Shown here in pieces: positions 57,605-64,000 of a stretch of DNA of 64,000 nucleotides (position 1 is its first letter; each line of letters starts with the position of its first letter). The stretch covers positions 12,276,001 to 12,340,000 of the forward strand of contig OY740790.1 in the NCBI GenBank assembly GCA_963514005.1, given 5' to 3'. The notes under the pieces were generated by a model. That model was not told where the DNA came from and made no database searches. It saw nothing but the letters and a program-made list of their open reading frames with translations. Source of the DNA: Raja brachyura (taxonomy: Eukaryota). Both the position numbers and the translations under genes were made by a program.

Positions 57605-57931
57605 GTTTGTAGTTCAACTGCGGTGTGAGGACTTGCCATCGGAGCCGATTCCTTGCCTGGGATCAACGCTCCAATCTGTGGCCTGCGGCCTTTAACATCA
57701 AGGGCTTGCAACCTCGGGAGAGACTGAGTTGGGAAGCTCCAAAACCACACGATGTTCAACTAGCCCCGACCCGGGGACCATTCGCCCGATGTAGGAACTT
57801 GATCGCCCCGACACGGAGGGCCCGCTGCCAGCTACGGGAGTCAAGATCGTCCCTTCAACGGATGGTTGGAGGCCCCCGATCGCTGCAGATCAAAGGGAAG
57901 AGATGGAACTTTTTTCCGCCTTCCTTCACAG

Positions 57932-58800
57932 CAAGCACGTGCCGTGAGTAATTACTCAGGGTAGGCAGTCAGTAGGCTTTTTAAAAAAAAACTTAATCCG
58001 CGCATGCGCAGATTGTTCTCTCCGTAAAAATAAAAATAAAAAGAGCAGCAGTAACAATTCAATTTGCCCAAGGCTTCCAAGTCTCCTTTATTCTGAATTA
58101 CTGAATGGATGGGGGGGTGAAGGGTGATGGCAGGTGGCGAGATGGTGGGAAAAACTGGAGTACAGGGCAAAGTTGAATTAGTTGTCAACTAATTGAATGA
58201 CAACACTTGTTCAAGGGACCAATTGGGGGGGAGAGTTCCTTTCACAGTGTGTGGAGAGTCTGTACCAAGGGTAAAGTTGCGGGGAGAGCAGTAGTGTTGA
58301 GAAGGAGGGGGTCGGGGATAATGCCAGTAACTCACTCACTCACCACTGCCGCAGCGCTCCGGGCACGGAACCACCACATTGTGGCCGGGGATCGAAGCAG
58401 CTCAGGGAGCTGCGAGCGGCCGCTGGGACCCGACAGTACAACTGGCCACCACTTCAACGCCTTCTGCCGGCCCGCTCACCTCTGGCAGTGCTCTCCATCT
58501 GAACACCTCTCACCTGCCGCTCGCTCATGTCAGCCGCTTCCTGCAAATCCTTAAATTCCCACAGCCGAGTAACCTCAATCGCGCTGTCAAAATGTAAGGA
58601 TTTGATGGAAGCAGCTGACATGAGTAAGGCCAGCGAGCGGCAGGAGAGAGGTTTTTAGACAGTGAGCTGCCAGAGGTGAGTGGGGGCCGGCAGAAGGTGC
58701 TGAGGTGGCGGCCGGTTCCGCTGTCCGGCCCGGCGGCCGCTCGCAGCCACCCGAGCTACTTCTCCCCTCCCCCTGGCCACAATGCGGTGGCTACATGCAA
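57932..58800. mobile_element. Truncated copy of the hAT element at 32735
   Basis: Same left end and interior. Confidence 0.8.
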
Positions 58801-59310
58801 CCTCATCTTCTTCGAGTCGACTTAAACGTTTAGCCAATCATTAATTTCTCATGCCTCTGGTCTCGGGTAATTTCAAGTCAGTTTTTATTCATCACGTGCA
58901 CATAAAGTGCAGTGAAATGAACTTGCCAGCATCGGTATAATAAAAAAAGAACACACAATACAAATTTAACACAAACATCCACCACAGCATTCATCACTGT
59001 GGTGGAAGGCACAAAGTTTGGCCAGTCCTCCTCCATTTTCCCCCGTGGTCGGGACCACAACCCACCGCAGTCGCCGCTGCGGGTGTCCAGATGAGCAGAC
59101 AAGGTAAGTCCTGAATCGGTGCCTCCCCACCGGAGACCGCGACTTCAAGATGGTGTAGGCCGCAGGCCGGCGGTCGAACATCTAAAGTCCCCGCCGCGCC
59201 GCAGCCAGAAGCACCGTGGACCGCAGGGGCGGCGGTCGGAGCTCCTCGTCAGGGATCCCCGGCGAGGGACCCCGCTCCAGATGGTAAGCCCCCGCCGCGC
59301 CTGCGTTGGA

Positions 59311-60595
59311 GGTAGCCCCAGGGACACCACTCTCTCCATCACGCCCTCCGATGTGAAGGAAGGAGACAGGGTCACGTTCAGCTGCACAACCCTGTCCAAC
59401 CCCCCTGCCCAGCTTGTACTGAGGAGGCAGTCATCGAGCGGATGGAGCGCGCGCGCGCTAGACTCCGAGAATGTTTAAGAAGGAACTGCAGATGCTGGAA
59501 AATCAAAGGTAGACAAAAATGCTGGAGAAAATCAGCGGGTGAGGCAGCATCCACGGAGCGAAGGAAATAGGCAACGTTTCAGGTCGAGACCCTTCTTCAG
59601 ACATGTGAGGGTTGGGGGGACGGGAAGAAGAAAGGAAGAGGCGGAGACAGTGGGCTGAGGGATAGCTGGGAAGGGGAGGAGAAAGCAGGGACTACCTGAA
59701 ATTGGGGAAGTCAATGTTCATACCGCTGGGGTGGGCCTCACTCTGACCATGGAGGAGGCCCAGGACAGAAAGGACGGATTCGGAATGGGAGGGGGAGTTG
59801 AAGTGCTGAGCCACCGGGAGATCAGGTTGGTTATTGCGAACCGAGCTGAGGTGTTGGACGAAGGGATCGCCAAGCACCGATGTAGAGCAGTTGACACCTA
59901 GAGCAGCGGATGCAATAGATGAGGTTGGAGGAGGTGCAGGTGAACCTCTGCCACACCTGGAAAGACTGCTTGCGTCCTTGAATGGAGCCAAGGGGGGAGG
60001 TAAAGCAACAAGTGTAGCATTTCCTGCAATTGCAAGGGAAAGTGCCAGGGGAGGGGGTGGTTTGGGTAGGAAGGGACGAATGGACCAGGGAGTTATGGAG
60101 GGAGTGGTCTCTGCGGAAAGCAGACGGGAGGAGATGGGAAGATGTGGGCAGCGGTGGGATCACATTGGAGGTGGTGAGAATGTTGGAGGATTACTTGTTG
60201 TTTGTGATGGCTGGTAGGGTGGAAGGTGAGGACAAGGGGGACTCTGCCCTTGTTACGAGTGGGGGGATGGGGAGTGAGAGCAGAGTTACGTGGTATAGAA
60301 GAGATCCTGGTGAGAGCCTCATCTATAATAGAAGAGGGGAACCCCCATTCCCTGAAGAATGAGGACATCTCCGATGCCCTGGTGTGGAACACCTCATCCT
60401 GGGTGCAGATGTGGCGTAGACGGAGGAATTGGGATGGAGTCCTTACAGGAAGCAGGGTGGAAGAAGTGTAGTCCAGATAGCCATGGGAGTCAGTGGGTTT
60501 ATAGTAGATGTCGGTCAGTAGTCTATCACCTGCGATGGAGATAGTGAGGTCTAATAGATAGTCAGATAGACTCTGAGAATGAGACATTGACATTG
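59311..60595 (+). pseudogene. Gene B dead D7-like exon split by Penelope
   Basis: Exon sequence at 59311-59473 and 60567-60595; acceptor near 58866 mutated and separated by an insertion; 3' part deleted. Confidence 0.8.
59474..60566 (-). mobile_element. Penelope-like element, 5'-truncated
   Basis: RT end (LDL...DIYYKPTDSHGYLDY), GIY-YIG (NLIYCIRC..C..LYIG); 15-bp duplication tagactcYgagaatg at 59459 and 60567. Confidence 0.85.
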
Positions 60596-60842
60596 CCAGA
60601 GGGGGCTTTAATTTAACAACTTACGTGAAAGTGTAACTAATTGCTGCCATCCTTTGGCACAGGACTGGAGAGACTTTCTAGCTTTTTGTGCCTAATTCCT
60701 TGAACAGAAACTTGAGCTCACAAGTCATGGTGATCATTATAAATTGCAATCATCTATAATAGTAACAATCACTAATAGACATCATGAGATGTATGGATCG
60801 GGTAGATGCACAGAGTCAATAGACATGCGTTTTCCCCCCCAT

Positions 60843-61025
60843 CACCAAGCCTGACTGTTTGGGCTCATCCTTCCAAACTGGTCGATGAAGGAGAAAAGGT
60901 CACCATTGGCTGCACCATTCATAACATCCACTTAGCCAGTTTCACCTGGAAGAAACTAGTGAACAACAGTGAAAATGTGCTGTCCTCCAATAACAACAAC
61001 TTTACAATCCTTGAAAAATACACCA
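60843..61025 (+). pseudogene. Gene B dead membrane-proximal Ig exon, truncated
   Basis: Homolog of 23382-23566 with the same CAT in place of the acceptor; cut by a MITE. Confidence 0.75.
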
Positions 61026-61483
61026 ATTTTCGGCGACAGTGGGCTTGATGCCAATGAGCGTAGCTTGACGTCTGCTGACGTAGGTGCTGTCATAGGTTGT
61101 CCCCAGGATGACGTAGGTTGGCGCCAGGTAACGTAGGTTGGTGCTGGTGCTGACTTCGTTGAATTCCATTGGCGACTACCAACGTCAACCCACTTCAACC
61201 GACGACAGGTACCAGCGACTGAATTGTCTGAAGTTGTCTTTAGTTGTCGCAGACAGGGTCGTAGTTTGTCGTGGATGGACGTAGGTTGTAGGTGTGGTCG
61301 CAGGTGGACGTCCTAATGGGTCGCCGGTTGTTGGTAGCTTGCAGTAGCTTGATGTTGACTAGGTGGTAGGTTGTCGTAGACATTGCCGTGGCGGGGTCCA
61401 GTCGCCGGTTTTTCAGCCACCAGTTACGATTGTGCCAGTCGCCAGCAGTCGCCGAAAAAATCACCTATGTGGGACAGGCCCTT
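61026..61483. mobile_element. MITE fragment, AGGGCCTGTCCCAC family
   Basis: Right TIR gtgggacaggccctt; interior similar to 30030-30130. Confidence 0.6.
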
Positions 61484-61804
61484 AATGTCAAAATAGGTAT
61501 CGGGTTATGGGAGACTCAGACATAAATGATGTTGTTGTTTTACTTTACATTTATAGCTGTTATTTTCTGTTATTGAAGGGTTTTTTTTAACAATTACTCA
61601 ATGTAAAATATATTTTTATTTCAGCTCCGTACAAAACTTGAGTAAGGTCCGAATATAGATTCTACAACAGAATGGTGAGGTGAGTGGATGAGAGGATCTC
61701 AATATCACATGGGTATTCATAAGCAAATTCCAGTAATCTGCGTGTGGAAGTTTGATACGGGCATTTTGTTTGGCTTTAATTCCAGATTTGATGTTACTGT
61801 GCAG

Positions 61805-64000
61805 CAACACAGTAAAGGTAACAATCTCAGGATTACTGCCTGTGCCACGTGACAGTGAGAGTAGAAATGAAGCAAGGTGGAGGATAAATGCTTGGCTGAA
61901 AGACTGGTGCAGAGGGCAGGGATTCAAGTTTCTGGATCATTGGGACTTCTTTTGGGGTAGGTGGGACCTGTACGGAAAGGATGGGTTGCACTTGAACCCG
62001 AGGGGACCAATATCCTGGCGGGGAAATTTGCAAAGGCCACTGGGGAGACTTTAAACTAGAATGGTTGGGGCGAGGGATGCAAATAGCAAAAGCTAGTAGA
62101 CAGAATGGGAGGCAGGAAGCAGAAAAGGGAAGCACTCGGACACAAGAGCAGAAAGAAAAAAAAGGAAATAAACAGAGAATAAGAGATGGGGGGTTTCTTA
62201 AATGTGCATATTTTAATGCTAGGAGCATTGTAAGAAAGGTGGATGAGCTTAGAGTCTGGATAGACACCTGGAAGTATGATGTTGTGGCGATCAGTGAAAC
62301 ATGGTTGCAGGAGGGCTGTGATTGGAAACTAAATATTCCAGGATTTCGTTGCTTCAGGTGTGATAGAATTGGAGGGGCAAGAGGTGGAGGTGTTGCATTG
62401 CTAGTCAGGGAAGATATTACAGCAGTGCTTTGGCAGGATAGATTGGAGGGCTCATCTAGGGAGGCTATTTGGGTGGAACTTAGAAGTGGGAAAGGTGTAG
62501 CAACACTTATAGGGGTATATTATAGACCGCCAAATGGGGAACGAGAATTGGAAGAGCAAATATGTAAAGAGATAGCAGATATTAGTAGTAAGCACAAGGT
62601 AGTGATTGTGGGAGATTTCAACTTTCCACACATAGACTGGGAAACACATTCTGTAAATGGGCTGGATGGTTTGGAGTTTGTAAAATGTGTGCAGGATAGT
62701 TTTTTGCAGCAATACATAGAGGTGCCTACTAGAGGAGGGGCAGTGCTGGACCTCCTGTTAGGAAATGAGACGGGACAGGTGGTGGAGGTATGCGTAGGGG
62801 AGCACTTCGGGTCCAGTGATCACAATACCATTAGTTTCAATATAATTATGGAGAAGGACAGAACTGGGCCTAGGGTTGAGATTTTTGATTGGAGAAAGGC
62901 TAACTTTAACGAGATGCGAGATGATTTAAAAGGAGTGAACTGGGACATTTTGTTTTATGGGAAAGATGTAGAGGAGAAATGGAGGACATTTAAAGGGGAA
63001 ATTTTAAGAGTACAAAATCTTTATGTTCCTGTTCGGTTGAAAGGAACCAGTAAAAATTGGAAAGAGCCCTGGTTTTCAAGGGAAATTGGACATCTTGTTC
63101 GGAAAAAGAGGGAGATCTACAATAATTATAGGCAGCATGAAGTAAATGATGTGCTTGAGGAGTATAAGGAATGTAAAAAGAATCTAAAGAAAGAAATTAG
63201 AAAAGCTAAAAGAAGATATGAGGTTGCTTTGGCAAGTAAGGTGAAAGTAAATCCAAAGGGTTTCTACAGCTATGTTAATAGCAAAAGGATAACAAGGGAT
63301 AAAATTGGTCCATTGGAGAGACCGAGTGGACAGCTATCTGCAGAGCCAAAAGAGATGGGGGAGATATTGAACAATTTATTTTCTTCGGTATTCACCAAGG
63401 AGAAGGATATTGAATTATGTGAGGTAAGGGAAACTAGTAGAGTAGCTATGGATACTATGAGTTTCAAAGTAAAAGAAGTACCGGCACTTTTGAAAAATAT
63501 AAAAAGGATAAGTCTCCAGGTCCTGACAGGATATTCCCTAGGACATTGAGGGAAGTTAGTGTAGAAATAGCCGGGGCTATGACAGAAATATTTCAAATGT
63601 CATTAGAAACTGGAATAGTCCCCGAGGATTGGCGTACTGCGCATGTTGTTCCATTGTTTAAAAAGGGTTCTAAAAGTAAACCTAGCAATTATAGACCGGT
63701 TAGTTTGACTTCAGTGGTGGGCAAATTAATGGAAAAGATACTTAGAGATAATATATATAAGTATCTGGATAAAGAGGGTCTAATTAGGAACAGTCAACAT
63801 GGATTTATGCCTGGAAGGTCATGTTTGACTAATCTTCTTGAATTTTTTGAAGAGGTTACTAGGGAAATTGACGAGGGTAAAGCAGTGGATGTTGTCTATA
63901 TGGACTTCAGTAAGGCCTTTGACAAGGTTCCTCATGGAAGTTTGGTTAAGAAGGTCCAACTGTTGGGTATAAATGCAGGAATAGCAAGATGGATTCAACA
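61805..64000 (+). mobile_element. CR1 LINE: ORF1 esterase end and ORF2 (APE, start of RT), runs off the window
   Basis: ISGLLPVPR...DGLHLN; NARSI, SETW, YRPP, GDFN, SDH; frameshift near 63500; QHGF and [11 protein letters not shown]. Confidence 0.92.

Overview
Eukaryotic genomic DNA, most likely from a cartilaginous fish (inferred from the CR1, V-SINE, Penelope and DIRS repeat content). The window holds two tandem VCAM1-like immunoglobulin-superfamily genes on the + strand in a TE-dense background. Gene A (ATG 3008, stop 23898) splices into a predicted 1150-aa type I membrane protein: signal peptide, VCAM D1-D2-D3, nine near-identical intact copies of a D7-like Ig exon, then TM and a short tail. 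The nine copies form a ~18 kb tandem array of 1.3-2.4 kb units; seven units carry a non-autonomous Helitron and two retain the empty site. A dead extra Ig exon lies before the TM exon. Gene B (ATG 44921) keeps a nearly identical signal peptide, D1 and D2. Its D3 and first D7 exon are collapsed by three in-frame deletions, the remaining Cys is replaced, and the frame reads into an inserted repeat ending in a GPI-signal-like tail (predicted 297 aa). Its later exons are dead. The pair may be a very long transmembrane VCAM plus a very short, possibly GPI-anchored VCAM with the same integrin-binding head; this is inference, with no expression data. The rest is CR1, L2, Rex1, L1, Vingi-like, Penelope, DIRS, hAT, MITE and SINE remnants. 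Gene models were spliced by hand and family assignments are from recalled motifs, not database searches.
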